A stretch of DNA of 64,000 nt, from positions 928,001 to 992,000 of the forward strand of contig CBDCVR010000014.1 in NCBI GenBank assembly GCA_965223155.1, in the 5' to 3' direction. The notes under the pieces are model-generated. The model did no database searches, had not been told where the DNA came from, and saw only the letters and a list, made by a program, of their open reading frames with translations. Below, one piece after another: positions 27,649-37,622 of this stretch. The DNA comes from Candidatus Multivoradales bacterium. Its GTDB lineage: Bacteria > Acidobacteriota > Thermoanaerobaculia > Multivoradales > JAHEKO01. Position 1 is the first letter of the stretch. Every line of letters starts with the position of its first letter. A program made the translations under genes and the position numbers.

Positions 27649-28877
27649 TGACGCGGCTCACACGCACCGCACTGTTCGCCCTGGGCGTTGTCGCCTTCGC
27701 CGTAGCGCCCGCCGTGGCCGATCATCACGAGCTCCCGAGCGCCGAAGACGTCATCGCCGCGCACATCGCGGCCAAGGGCGGCGCCGACGCCTGGGCGGCG
27801 ATCGACAGCCTGAAGCTCACAGGGGACTTCACAGCCTTCAGCAGGATCAGTCCGTTTGCCGCCTACAAGACCCGGAACCGCGAATACCACATGGCCCAGA
27901 AGTGGGGCGACCATCCGGTCACGATTGGCTTTGACGGAGCCGAGGCCTGGTGGGACAACCACATGATGCGCAAGGGCGCGCAGCCGGTTCGCGGCGTCGA
28001 CCGCGCCGTTCTCGAGCGCGACCTGGATTTCGCCACTCCGTTTTTCGACGTCGAGGCGCAGGGCCACGAGGTCACCGTCGTGGGATTCCAGGATCTGGAC
28101 GGCCAGCAGGTGCTGGCCGTGGAGCTCAAGCGCGCCGATGAGTCGACCGAGACCTGGTTCCTGGATCCGGAGACCTACCTCGAAGTCGCCCGCGATTCTC
28201 CGGGCTCGGACTTCGGACGCCCGATGACCCAGCGGACCTTCTTCGACGACTTCCGCGAGGTGGCCGGGGCTCTGATTCCCCACTACACCGAGACCCAGTG
28301 GTACACCCGACACCGGGTGATCGCCGCGGATTCGATCGAAGCCAACGTCGAGATTCCCGAGGGCCTGTTCTCGATGCCCCCTCCCTACGGCATGGAGAAG
28401 CTCCAGAGTCTCGCCGGCACCTGGAAGGTCACGGTCGAGTCCCGGCAGGCGCCGAGCGCGCCTTGGCAAAACGAGGAGCGCGTTTCCGAGATCCAAGGAC
28501 GCCTGCGCGGCGGCCTGTTCGAGGAGACCTATGCAACCCCGACCGCCAAGGTCATCCGCAGCTTGTCCTACGACCAGTACCGCGATCGGTACTTGCTGAC
28601 CCAGATCCACTCGGGCAGTAATGTCCTGGACATCCTGGCCGGCACCTGGACCGAGGACGGAGCGCTGCTCTTGGACAACGTGGTCACCGAGACGCCTGCT
28701 TTGATGTTCGGCCGAGTCCTTCACGAGCGGTTCAAGCTCTTCGAGATCGGCGCCGACGCCTTCAAAGTCGAGCGCGAGAACTCGGTGGACGGCGGCGAGA
28801 ATTGGGCTCTGATGCAGAAGCTGACCTTCGAGCGCCAGGCGGGGGAGAACTCCGAGGAGGCCGGCGGCTCCCGCTAG
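27648..28877 (+). CDS. Exported LolA-like protein with C-terminal DUF1579-like beta domain
   Basis: Signal peptide; PSAEDVIAAHIAAKGG, GFDG..AW, FLDPETYL, FDDFREVAG, then MEKLQSLAGTW domain. Confidence 0.65.
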   Translation: MTRLTRTALFALGVVAFAVAPAVADHHELPSAEDVIAAHIAAKGGADAWAAIDSLKLTGDFTAFSRISPFAAYKTRNREYHMAQKWGDHPVTIGFDGAEAWWDNHMMRKGAQPVRGVDRAVLERDLDFATPFFDVEAQGHEVTVVGFQDLDGQQVLAVELKRADESTETWFLDPETYLEVARDSPGSDFGRPMTQRTFFDDFREVAGALIPHYTETQWYTRHRVIAADSIEANVEIPEGLFSMPPPYGMEKLQSLAGTWKVTVESRQAPSAPWQNEERVSEIQGRLRGGLFEETYATPTAKVIRSLSYDQYRDRYLLTQIHSGSNVLDILAGTWTEDGALLLDNVVTETPALMFGRVLHERFKLFEIGADAFKVERENSVDGGENWALMQKLTFERQAGENSEEAGGSR

Positions 28878-28926
28878 GAGGGAGCCGTCCAACCGGCCTC
28901 GAGCCGGCACACCGGAACGGCGGCTG

Positions 28927-30723
28927 TTGGCTCGATCCGAAGCCCAGCGCGTCGTCGTCCGGAGCCGGCCGGGCCTCGATCCAGACTCGGCTTCGAACTG
29001 GCTCGAGTTCGTCGAGCCGGTCGAGATCCTCGAAGCCTCGACTCCGGTCGAGGTCTGGCCAGCTCTCGACGCGCTCGAACGCCGCCTGAGCCGGGGGCGG
29101 TGGGCCGCCGGCTTTCTGACCTATGAGGCCGCGCCCGCCTTCGATCCGGCAATGACCACCCATGCCGGAGACGATCTTCCGGTACTGCGCTTCGGTATCT
29201 ACGATCGGCCCAGGCCGCTGCCCGCGATGGAAGTCGCCGATGCCGGTGCGGACTCCGAACCGGCGCCAACTCCGGAGGCATGGCAACCGTCCCTCGAAGA
29301 GGCCGCCTACCGGAGGGCGGTGGAGGCGATCCACCGAGCGATTGCCCGCGGCGACACGTATCAGGTCAACCTGACCTGGCGCTTGGAAGCGCCGTTCCAT
29401 GGCGACTCCTGGCTTTACTTCCGGCACCTGGCAGCAAGATCCGCCGCCGGCCATGCTGCCTACGTGGAGCTGCCCGGCTACGCGCTGTGCTCGGCGTCAC
29501 CGGAGCTCTTCTTCGAGCTCGAAGGCGACCGGCTCACCTGCCGGCCGATGAAGGGCACCGCCCCACGCGGGCTCTATCCGGCCGACGACGCGCGGCTGGC
29601 GGCCGAGCTTCGAAGCTCCGAGAAGAACCGGGCCGAGAACCTGATGATCGTGGACATGATCCGAAACGATCTCGGCCGGATCGCCCGGCCCGGCAGCGTG
29701 CGAGTCCCGAGCCTTTTCGACGTCGAGACCTACCCGACCGTACATCAGATGACCTCGACCGTGACCGCCACAAGCGATGCCTCCTTCTCCGAGATCCTGG
29801 CCGCTCTCTTTCCCTGCGCCTCGATCACCGGGGCTCCCAAGATCCGGACCATGGAGATCATTCGCGAGCTCGAAACCGGACCGCGCGGCATCTACACCGG
29901 CACCATCGGCTACCTCGGCCCGGATCGCACGGCGCGCTTCAACGTGGCGATCCGCACCGTGCATCTGGATCTCGAGCGCGGCCGCGCCACCTACGGCACC
30001 GGCGGCGGGATCGTTTGGGACTCTGACGCCGAAGCCGAGCTGCGCGAAGGCCGCACCAAGACCCTGGTGGTTACCGAGCGGCCCGACTACCGGTTGCTCG
30101 AGACCCTGCGCTGGTCAGCCAAGGACGGCTACGATCTCCTCGAGCGCCATCTCACGCGGCTCGCAGAGTCGGCCGATCTGCTCGGCTTCGTCTTCGACGA
30201 CAGCGCCACTCGCTTCGCTCTCGCTCGGCTCGAGAATTCTTTCGGTCTCGAGGAGCCGCCCGAGGCCAAGCCTCACCGTGTCCGGCTGCTGGTCGACGCG
30301 GCCGGTGCGATCGAGCTCCAGCACCAGAAGCTCGAGCTCGAGGAGAGCCCCTGGACGGTCGGGCTCGCGCTCGAACCCGTGAATCGCGACGATCGGTTCC
30401 TCTACCACAAGACCACCCGGCGGGCGGTCTACGACCGCGCCCGCTCGGCCCGGCCCGAGCTCGACGACGTCATCCTCTGGAATTGCGACGGCGAGCTGAC
30501 CGAGGCCACCGTCGCCAACCTGGCCCTCGAGATCGATGGCGTCTGGTGGACGCCACCTGTGGCCTCGGGGCTTCTGGCCGGCACCATGCGGGACCGGCTC
30601 CTGGACGAAGGCCGGCTGCGCGAGCGAATCCTGACTCGCAACGACCTCGACCGGGCCACGGCCGTCGCCCTCGTCAACTCGGTGCGGGGATGGATCCCGG
30701 CCCGGCTTACCCGGACTCGCTGA
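28927..30723 (+). CDS. pabB: Aminodeoxychorismate synthase component I fused to ADC lyase (PabB-PabC)
   Basis: GFLTYE, GDTYQVNLT, SPELFF, PMKGT, AENLMIVD..RNDLG, FPCASITGAPK, then LLETL...HL.RL...HKTT.R, LTEAT.AN, GLLAGT.R. Confidence 0.92.
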   Translation: MARSEAQRVVVRSRPGLDPDSASNWLEFVEPVEILEASTPVEVWPALDALERRLSRGRWAAGFLTYEAAPAFDPAMTTHAGDDLPVLRFGIYDRPRPLPAMEVADAGADSEPAPTPEAWQPSLEEAAYRRAVEAIHRAIARGDTYQVNLTWRLEAPFHGDSWLYFRHLAARSAAGHAAYVELPGYALCSASPELFFELEGDRLTCRPMKGTAPRGLYPADDARLAAELRSSEKNRAENLMIVDMIRNDLGRIARPGSVRVPSLFDVETYPTVHQMTSTVTATSDASFSEILAALFPCASITGAPKIRTMEIIRELETGPRGIYTGTIGYLGPDRTARFNVAIRTVHLDLERGRATYGTGGGIVWDSDAEAELREGRTKTLVVTERPDYRLLETLRWSAKDGYDLLERHLTRLAESADLLGFVFDDSATRFALARLENSFGLEEPPEAKPHRVRLLVDAAGAIELQHQKLELEESPWTVGLALEPVNRDDRFLYHKTTRRAVYDRARSARPELDDVILWNCDGELTEATVANLALEIDGVWWTPPVASGLLAGTMRDRLLDEGRLRERILTRNDLDRATAVALVNSVRGWIPARLTRTR

Positions 30724-30777
30724 CTCCGCGATCCGGCGACTCCCTCCTACCCCACCAGCTCCACGGCCTCACCGCCG

Positions 30778-31449
30778 TCATGAGGCTGCCGCTCGGTGGC
30801 GACGAGTCGGAATCCGGCCCACCGACCACGCGATCATCCAGATGGCCAGGTAGTAGGTTCCAAGGACCAGAAGATCAGCTCCCGCGAACGGTGCCCGGAA
30901 ACGGTTGGCCGCGAGGGCCGCATCAGACAGCAGGAACACCGTCGCGCCCGCGGCCGCCATGAGCGAGCCGCCGGCGCGGCGCTCCAGCCATGCACTCCAA
31001 GCCCACCACGCCATGCCGGACAGAGCGAGCGTGTAGACGACCGCCGGCGCCTCGAGCCCTCCGAGGTGTGGCCACAGCACCGACAGCGACACACCGGCCA
31101 CAATCGCCAGGGGCGGCGCCGGCGGCCATCGCAGTCGCGCTCCCGTGGACCTGAACGCCGCGATGAACAGAAGATGCCCAACCAGAAAGGCCGCCAAACC
31201 GGCCACGAACCGATCGCTAGGCAACATCAAGAAGACGTCCCCGGCCAGACACGCGACGAGTCCCAAGATCACCAGGACCCCGTAGCGAGCCGTCCGGGAT
31301 GGCATCCCAACCAGTGCAACGGCCAGGATCAAGAGAGTCGCCAGCGGCTTGAAGACGTAGACGAGATCCAGCCTTCCTCCGTGCCGACCCGCGATCGCGA
31401 CCCCGGCGGCGCCGAGGGCTCCGAGACTGAGCAGGACTCGACTTCGCAC
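30778..31449 (-). CDS. YhhN-family lysoplasmalogenase
   Basis: FKPL, GDVFLM, F.AGL.AFL.GH, FLLSD, TYY.A motifs; multi-TM. Confidence 0.88.
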   Translation of the reverse strand: MRSRVLLSLGALGAAGVAIAGRHGGRLDLVYVFKPLATLLILAVALVGMPSRTARYGVLVILGLVACLAGDVFLMLPSDRFVAGLAAFLVGHLLFIAAFRSTGARLRWPPAPPLAIVAGVSLSVLWPHLGGLEAPAVVYTLALSGMAWWAWSAWLERRAGGSLMAAAGATVFLLSDAALAANRFRAPFAGADLLVLGTYYLAIWMIAWSVGRIPTRRHRAAAS

Positions 31450-31524
31450 ACGCTCAGACTATCCCGAGCACGAGGTCCGGGCGCGGCAGTCGCCGGCTGC
31501 GCTTCTTGACCTCGAGCCCTACCC

Positions 31525-31660
31525 TCGAGGGTGGCCACCCGGTCGCCGGTCCCTGCATCGACTCGATCGCCCAACAGTTCCTCGACACCGCATCCGTCGA
31601 AGGAATCGACACCTCGTGCATCGAGGTTCTCCCGAGGACGGAGTTCGTGGTGGACGGAGA
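31525..31660 (+). pseudogene. Orphan C-terminal fragment of a TAP-like alpha/beta hydrolase
   Basis: GGHPVAGPCIDSIAQQFLDTASVEGIDTSCIEVLPRTEF resembles the terminal segment of TAP-like peptidases; there is no room for the rest of the gene. Confidence 0.5.
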
Positions 31661-31728
31661 GTGGCCGGAAGCGACTCCGGACGAAGCGAAACGAGCCTCA
31701 AGCGACTCGCAAGATCCGGGGCCGGGTT

Positions 31729-31926
31729 CTAGTCGTCTTCGAGTCGCGCCGCCGACCCCGACTCCTCCCCCGCCCGCGGCTTCCAGCGCCCGGCCTTCTT
31801 AACCGCCTCGAACAGCAGATACTCGATCTGCCCGTTGACGCTCCGCAGTTCGTCGTCCGACCACCTCTTGAGCGCGTCGTAGAGGCGCGGGTTGACGCGC
31901 AGCGGAAAGGACTTGCGTGGAGCCAC
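31729..31926 (-). CDS. Arc/ribbon-helix-helix DNA-binding protein
   Basis: RKSFPLRV...[23 protein letters not shown], typical of the partner gene downstream of SPFH genes. Confidence 0.88.
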   Translation of the reverse strand: MAPRKSFPLRVNPRLYDALKRWSDDELRSVNGQIEYLLFEAVKKAGRWKPRAGEESGSAARLEDD

Positions 31927-31952
31927 CTGCGGACTCTAGTCGACCGAGCGGC

Positions 31953-32822
31953 CTAGTTGTGCAACGTGCCCGTGTTGACCACGGGCTGCGTGTGGCGATC
32001 GCTACAGAGAACCACCAGGAGGTTCGAAACCATCGACGCCTTGCGCTCCTCGTCGAGCTCGAGAATTTCCTGCTCGGACAGCATCTCGAGCGCGCTCTCG
32101 ACCATGCCGACCGCACCCTCGACGATCTTCTGGCGGGCCGCAACCACCGCCGATGCCTGCTGCCGCTGCAGCATGGCGGCGGCGATCTCGGGAGCGTAGG
32201 CGAGGTGGCTGATACGCGCCTCGAGGACGCGGATGCCGGCCTTTTCCAAACGCTGCTGGACCTCGCCGCGCAGTTGCTTCGAGATCTCGGAGGTGTTGCC
32301 GGTCAGTGAGGTTTCCTCGCCCTCGTGGGCATCGTACGGGTAGCCGGTGGCGAGATTCCGCAACGCCGCCTCGCTCTGAACGTGGACGAAGTCGCGATAG
32401 TCATCGACGTTGAAGATCGCCTCGGCGGTATCGACCACCCGCCAGACCACGACCGCGGCGGTCTCGATGGGATTACCGCGCAGATCGTTGACCTTGAGCT
32501 TGCCGGTCTCGAAGTTCCGCGTGCGCACCGAGACCTTGCGCTTTGTCAGGAGAGGATTGGCCCAGCGCAGCCCCGGGTCGTAGGCCGTGCCGCGGTACGA
32601 GCCGAAGAGCTGCAGCAATTGGGGCCGGTTGGGGTGAACGGTGAAGAAACCCACCCAGAGGAAGACGAGGAAGCCGCCGGCGAACCCACCGAAGACGAGA
32701 CGACCCGCTGTCTGGATCAAAGTCCCGTTGAAAAACAACCACACCAGAGCGACCGTGGCCGCCGTTAGCACTCCGAACATGAGAAACCCGGACACGGCGC
32801 GGACCCTATTCTCTTGAATCAT
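31953..32822 (-). CDS. SPFH/band-7 membrane protein
   Basis: Two TMs, [48 protein letters not shown]. Confidence 0.93.
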   Translation of the reverse strand: MIQENRVRAVSGFLMFGVLTAATVALVWLFFNGTLIQTAGRLVFGGFAGGFLVFLWVGFFTVHPNRPQLLQLFGSYRGTAYDPGLRWANPLLTKRKVSVRTRNFETGKLKVNDLRGNPIETAAVVVWRVVDTAEAIFNVDDYRDFVHVQSEAALRNLATGYPYDAHEGEETSLTGNTSEISKQLRGEVQQRLEKAGIRVLEARISHLAYAPEIAAAMLQRQQASAVVAARQKIVEGAVGMVESALEMLSEQEILELDEERKASMVSNLLVVLCSDRHTQPVVNTGTLHN

Positions 32823-32842
32823 AGTGACCTCCCTTCGTTCTA

Positions 32843-32876
32843 GTCGATATCAAAATGATATCATTCTGATATCGAC
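32843..32876. promoter_or_regulatory. 34-bp palindromic operator upstream of SPFH-Arc operon
   Basis: GTCGATATCAAAATGAT|ATCATTCTGATATCGAC with one mismatched pair; three GATATC hexamers at 11-bp spacing. Confidence 0.75.
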
Positions 32877-32935
32877 CTGTCCACCCAGCCCGTTGGAGCA
32901 CGCAACCAGCGTCTTCCACAATTCCCGACGAGCGC

Positions 32936-33799
32936 CTACAAGGGCAGGAGGCTGTATGCCGGCTCTTCCGCCGGTACCGAAACCTTCCGGGCGGCAAACA
33001 GCGTGTTGCCCCACGCGTAGCGCCACAGGGGCACCCGACTCAGCACTCGGCGAACCCACCGCTGCAGTACCGACGGGTTCGGGTTGTGGACCAGGCTTTG
33101 CTGTACGAGGATCTCAAGACCGGCAGCCTCGAGAAACCGCCGGAGGAGGACGGACTGGGTTACAAAGACGGCGTCGGAGTCGGGAACGTACTCTGCGGTC
33201 AAGGCCAAGGGGTTGGCAACCACGTCGAAGCGATGGCGCCCGTCGAGGACGGAGCGCAGCTGGCGGCCCAGGCGCCGGAACGCGATCGGCAGTTTCCGGC
33301 GGGGATCGAGCGACGGCGGCAGCGACAGGGGCAGGTCCCAGGCCGAGCCCACAAGGAGAAACAGGGCACCTGGGCGCAGCACACGAACGGCCTCGAGCAA
33401 GATGCGCCCCGGCTCGTGGAAGTGCTCGATTGCCCAAGTAGAGACGACCGCGTCGAAAGACTCGTCGGCGAACGGCAACCGCTCCGCGTCCCCACGCACC
33501 AGCTCCGCCGGGCGATCCAGCGAACGGGCCTTCACCAGACCCGCCGTTGAGACGTCGACGCCGACGTACCGACAACCGGCGGGCAGCCATTGGGCGTTCT
33601 CACACGAGCCACAGCCCAGACCCAGGACCAACTCGGAACCTGTCAGCCTTGAGAAAAGCTCGTTGCGCTCGGGAGCGGCCTCGGGATTGGCCCCGGCCGA
33701 CAGCTCGTAGTAGACCGAGCTCTCGTTCCAGAAGCGCTTGAGGCTACGCTCTCTGTCCGCCGGGCCGCCGGCGGCAAGGTCCCCAGGAATCTTCGGCAG
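32936..33799 (-). CDS. Class I SAM-dependent methyltransferase (likely CTG start)
   Basis: LGLGCG, GVDVS, GDAERLPFADESFD, EHF, RVLRPG. The frame is open upstream of the tracked TTG (RFWNE..YY) to a CTG at 33799 preceded by GAGGAGGG. Confidence 0.8.
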   Translation of the reverse strand: MPKIPGDLAAGGPADRERSLKRFWNESSVYYELSAGANPEAAPERNELFSRLTGSELVLGLGCGSCENAQWLPAGCRYVGVDVSTAGLVKARSLDRPAELVRGDAERLPFADESFDAVVSTWAIEHFHEPGRILLEAVRVLRPGALFLLVGSAWDLPLSLPPSLDPRRKLPIAFRRLGRQLRSVLDGRHRFDVVANPLALTAEYVPDSDAVFVTQSVLLRRFLEAAGLEILVQQSLVHNPNPSVLQRWVRRVLSRVPLWRYAWGNTLFAARKVSVPAEEPAYSLLPL

Positions 33800-34306
33800 G
33801 TCTGGACCCTCCTCGAACCAAACGCAAAGTCAACTCCCCGGCGCGGCTCCCCATCCCTCGGAGACACCTTGCGCCGCACCATCGGATCTTGAACTCGTGC
33901 CTATTGTACAGAGTGGCGGGCGCATCGGCGCAAAGCCGCGGCCCAGGACGTGCCCGGCCGGCGAAGATCGGTATCGGGACTACCTGACCCTGAACCGCCT
34001 TCTAGCAGCCACGGAAGAAGGCGCCCCCTTCCTCGTGACGGCTAGGGCCGAGCTCCACGGCAAGAGCCACTCGAAGAGACCTGCCGGAGCCGTCTCAAGC
34101 CGCATCAGCGCCAGACTCTGAAACGTGGTTGCGCCGTAACGATAACGTGCGAACCCGAACCTTCCACACCGGCGGGATAGACCTGGCTGAAGGGCTGGAG
34201 CCCCCCGGCGAACTGCCAGTAGCCTCCGCTCAGACCAGCGTGACCCGAGCCGTTCTGACCCGGCGCGTTCCCCTGGGGCCTGGACGGTCGATGATAGCGT
34301 CTGTTC

Positions 34307-35455
34307 GTGTCGGCGTCCCTATCTCGCACCCGCTCCCTACGGCTCCCTTTCATAGCGATTGCCATCGGGTTGGCCACGCCGGCGCTCTACGCTCAGACGA
34401 CCCTCCGGGTCGCGACGCTCAACGCCTGGCACGGCCTGCGCAGCGACGAGCTGTCCGTCCGGGAGACGGAGACCGCCGAGCAGCGCGAGGCACGCTTTCA
34501 GTGCCAGATACAAGAGCTGCGCGCGCTGGCGCCGGACATCGTCTTTCTCCAGGAGGTCAACCCGATCCCCCGGCAGTCCGCTCGGTACGCCGAGGCGCTG
34601 GGCTACGACGAGATTCATCGGATCTCTGCGTGCGGCCTGCGGCTAGGTCCGCTGAAGTTTCCGAGGAGTCTCAGCGAGGGGCTCACGATTCTAGCCAAGC
34701 CTGAGCTCGGCTTACGTGAGCTCGGAACGACCAAGCTGAGTGGCCCTGGAGGTTGCTGGTGCCGGCGCTTTTCTCTCCAACTCGGCGAGTCCCGCTACGC
34801 ACTCTTCGGCGAGATCAGCCTCAATGGCCGCCGCGTGCTCCTCGCGAACACGCATCTTCACGCTCGCGCCTACGTCGGCGAAGACTTCGAGTCCTCGATC
34901 CGGTCGCTGGCCGAGGCGGGCTCGATCTCGGGCAAGCAGCGGGACCAGATCTTCAAAGCCCACTCCAAAGCGCGCGAGCGAAACGCACTGGAGGCGGCTC
35001 GGCTCCTCGAGGCAACCGATCGCATCGAGCGACGGTGGGCCGCGAGCGGGGCGTCTCCCTTCGAGGCCGTCCTTCTGGGTGGCGACTTCAACGCCACGCC
35101 CGACTCCGACGTGGTGCGCTCGATCCGGTCCGGGGGCTTCGACAACCTGACCAAGGCGAGTCCGGGCGCCTACGCGACTCTCGACTGGCAGGGTAACGAC
35201 AATCGCCACGCCGCCAAGAGCGCTCGCTACTCACTGCCCGATTTCGGGGTGTCCGACCTCCAAGAGCTGTACCGGAAATGGCAAGACGAGCCCCACCAGG
35301 TGGATTACCTCTTCTTGCGTTCGGACGGCATCCGGTCCGCGGACAACGCGCGAATCGCCTTTGACAGCCGCTGCGACGACGGCCGCTTTCCCTCGGATCA
35401 CTACGGCCTGGCGGTCGACATCGAGCTGCCCGCGGCCGAGGCGTCGGAGCCCTGA
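34307..35455 (+). CDS. Exported endonuclease/exonuclease/phosphatase (EEP) family protein
   Basis: LRVATLN, LQEV, NTHL, GGDFNA, VDYLF, PSDH motifs; signal peptide. Confidence 0.9.
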   Translation: MSASLSRTRSLRLPFIAIAIGLATPALYAQTTLRVATLNAWHGLRSDELSVRETETAEQREARFQCQIQELRALAPDIVFLQEVNPIPRQSARYAEALGYDEIHRISACGLRLGPLKFPRSLSEGLTILAKPELGLRELGTTKLSGPGGCWCRRFSLQLGESRYALFGEISLNGRRVLLANTHLHARAYVGEDFESSIRSLAEAGSISGKQRDQIFKAHSKARERNALEAARLLEATDRIERRWAASGASPFEAVLLGGDFNATPDSDVVRSIRSGGFDNLTKASPGAYATLDWQGNDNRHAAKSARYSLPDFGVSDLQELYRKWQDEPHQVDYLFLRSDGIRSADNARIAFDSRCDDGRFPSDHYGLAVDIELPAAEASEP

Positions 35456-35474
35456 GCTCAGAGCCCGGCTGGCC

Positions 35475-37622
35475 TTAGGTCCGTCCGCATCCCAACTTCT
35501 TGCACAGCATCTTGGCGAACCGGCGCGTGGGCACGTAGAACGACAGGCCGAAGTCGATCGCGTTGTCCCGTTCCAGCCTGCGCGCCGCGGTGGGCCGATG
35601 GTCGCTCGAGAGTCCCAGGCTCAGAGTAAAGATGTTGAACCCCCACTCCACTTGAACCCCGGTCATGGGCCGCGTGCTGGAGCCGCCCGCTAGATCAAAG
35701 GACCGCGCGCCCGCCTCGACGCTCACCTGGCCGTTCAGCCGCCGCCAGTAGGCGCCACCCCGAAGCAAGGCGCCATAAGCTTCATAGCCGTCTCCGCTCA
35801 GGTACGAGATCCCGCCAACCACGAACGGCCCGCCCACGTGCTGGAGCCCTTGCCGCGGAGCCACTTCCGTTTCGATGTCCTCTCGCCTGATGACCACCGC
35901 GGTTCGGGGCCGGAAGTAGCGCACCGGAAACTCCACGCGGTACTGGGGTCTCAGATCCTTCTCGCCGCCTCCCATCAGCGTTTGGCCGCGGATCGAGACA
36001 ATGACCATCTCTCCCGGGCGCAAGCTCGGATCGTCGTGGCGAACGGGCGAGGTGTCCGAGGTATCCGAAGTATCAGAGGCCGGGGGGTCCGGGGAGCCAC
36101 CAGAGCCGGCGGCGAAGCGGAACGCGCCGTAGTTCAAGTAGGCCTCCATCGGCCCGAGCTCGGGCGCGCCGGGACGATCCCGCCAAAGCGGAAGCCACTC
36201 GAACGTTCGGATTCGGTTGACGGCCACGCCATCCCGAAACGACAGCAGGACGTCGAGAACCGCCCGCGCGCTCAGAAGCGTCAGATAGGCGAGCTGCCCC
36301 CGCCCCCGGCCCAGATCGCCGTCGCCGAAAAACACCAGACACGCGGCTTCCGATCTGTCCTCGAAAAGGGCTTCGAGCTCGCCGAGCTGATCGGGCAGCT
36401 TGGCAAGGGCGCAGGCATCGTCCGCGACCGCGCCGGCGCGCTGCGCGACCAGCTTCTTGGTCTTGCCTCCCACTGCCGCCGCCCAGGCAAGGCGATTGTC
36501 GAGGTGACGCACTCCGGACAGACACACCTTGGCGGCCTCCCGGTCGGCATCGGCGGTTCCGGACCCCGGCCCGGAAGCTGCCGCGCTCGACCCGCCCGGC
36601 ATCGGCGGGCAGGCGACGTCTCCCTCGAGCTTGTCTCGGTCGCAGTTCACGGTTCCGTACGGTTCCGTCCAGTTCGGAAGCTCCCGAGCCAACTGCCGTC
36701 TGAGAGCTCCCAGGTCCTGGTCGAAACGGTCGGCAAACGAGTCCTCGCCGCCGGCGGGAGCTTCGAGACAGAAGGGAATCCCCGCGGCATTGACCCGGTC
36801 GTGCAGCGCGTTGGCGGCGATTCCCTGCATGTCGGACCGCGCGGTGACCACATGGCCGGGCGCGTGCAAATCCTGCAGATAGTGGAGCGCCGCCGCCGTC
36901 CGCACGACCGCCTCGACCAGGCTGATGCTTCCGGCCGCGGCGAGCGCGGTCGTATCCGCGTGCTTGCGCCGGAAGGCGGTGATGGCATCCCCCTGGAAGT
37001 GGTTGACGTTCGAATGCATGGCGTCGACCTTCTTGCTGAGCAAAGCGCTCGTGCTCAACACATCGACACTCGGCCAGTGAACTTCGCGGACCGGGTCTCC
37101 GAGGTTCCTCGTCCCGCCGGGAGCGCCGTCAGCTCCCTGCTCGGCATTTGCCGTCCCCGCGCCCGCCCGAGGAAACTCCCCGATCTGAGCGAGAAACGGG
37201 TGATGGGCCGTCCCCGCCCGATCGATCAGCGCCACCAGGTCGCCGAAGCTCCGGGCCTTGAAGCGCGGGCGAGGCCGGTCGGGCTCGCGCCTGTCGAGAA
37301 GCGAGCACGGCACCTTGCGACCGGCCGATGTGGGGCTGTCGAAGCCCGGCTCACACACGAGAAACGACCCCAGAAGGCCCAGTTCCTCCTCGTCGAGACC
37401 GCCAATCGAGCCCCCCGGCTCGGAGGCTCCTCTCGCGGACCCAGGAGCGCACTCCGGATCCGCTACACACGAGACGGCCAGGGCGAACGCCCAGTTCGAT
37501 ACGCGCCGGTGTTCGTCGTACGAGAAGCCCGACGCGGCCCGAGCCGGCGCCAGCATCGCCACCAGGAGCAACAGGATCGGCCCGAAGCCGCGCCGGCTGG
37601 CGCTCGCTCTCGCGTTCGCCAT
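35475..37622 (-). CDS. Secreted Zn-dependent phospholipase C/P1-nuclease-like protein with C-terminal beta-strand domain
   Basis: Signal peptide then F..DEH, NHF, HYLQDLHAPGH, LHD; the C-terminal ~170 aa are alternating amphipathic strands. Confidence 0.6.
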   Translation of the reverse strand: MANARASASRRGFGPILLLLVAMLAPARAASGFSYDEHRRVSNWAFALAVSCVADPECAPGSARGASEPGGSIGGLDEEELGLLGSFLVCEPGFDSPTSAGRKVPCSLLDRREPDRPRPRFKARSFGDLVALIDRAGTAHHPFLAQIGEFPRAGAGTANAEQGADGAPGGTRNLGDPVREVHWPSVDVLSTSALLSKKVDAMHSNVNHFQGDAITAFRRKHADTTALAAAGSISLVEAVVRTAAALHYLQDLHAPGHVVTARSDMQGIAANALHDRVNAAGIPFCLEAPAGGEDSFADRFDQDLGALRRQLARELPNWTEPYGTVNCDRDKLEGDVACPPMPGGSSAAASGPGSGTADADREAAKVCLSGVRHLDNRLAWAAAVGGKTKKLVAQRAGAVADDACALAKLPDQLGELEALFEDRSEAACLVFFGDGDLGRGRGQLAYLTLLSARAVLDVLLSFRDGVAVNRIRTFEWLPLWRDRPGAPELGPMEAYLNYGAFRFAAGSGGSPDPPASDTSDTSDTSPVRHDDPSLRPGEMVIVSIRGQTLMGGGEKDLRPQYRVEFPVRYFRPRTAVVIRREDIETEVAPRQGLQHVGGPFVVGGISYLSGDGYEAYGALLRGGAYWRRLNGQVSVEAGARSFDLAGGSSTRPMTGVQVEWGFNIFTLSLGLSSDHRPTAARRLERDNAIDFGLSFYVPTRRFAKMLCKKLGCGRT

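Noticed and set aside
33830-34300. Short ORFs between the methyltransferase and EEP genes
   Set aside because: No motifs, no clear RBS, and conflicting frames.
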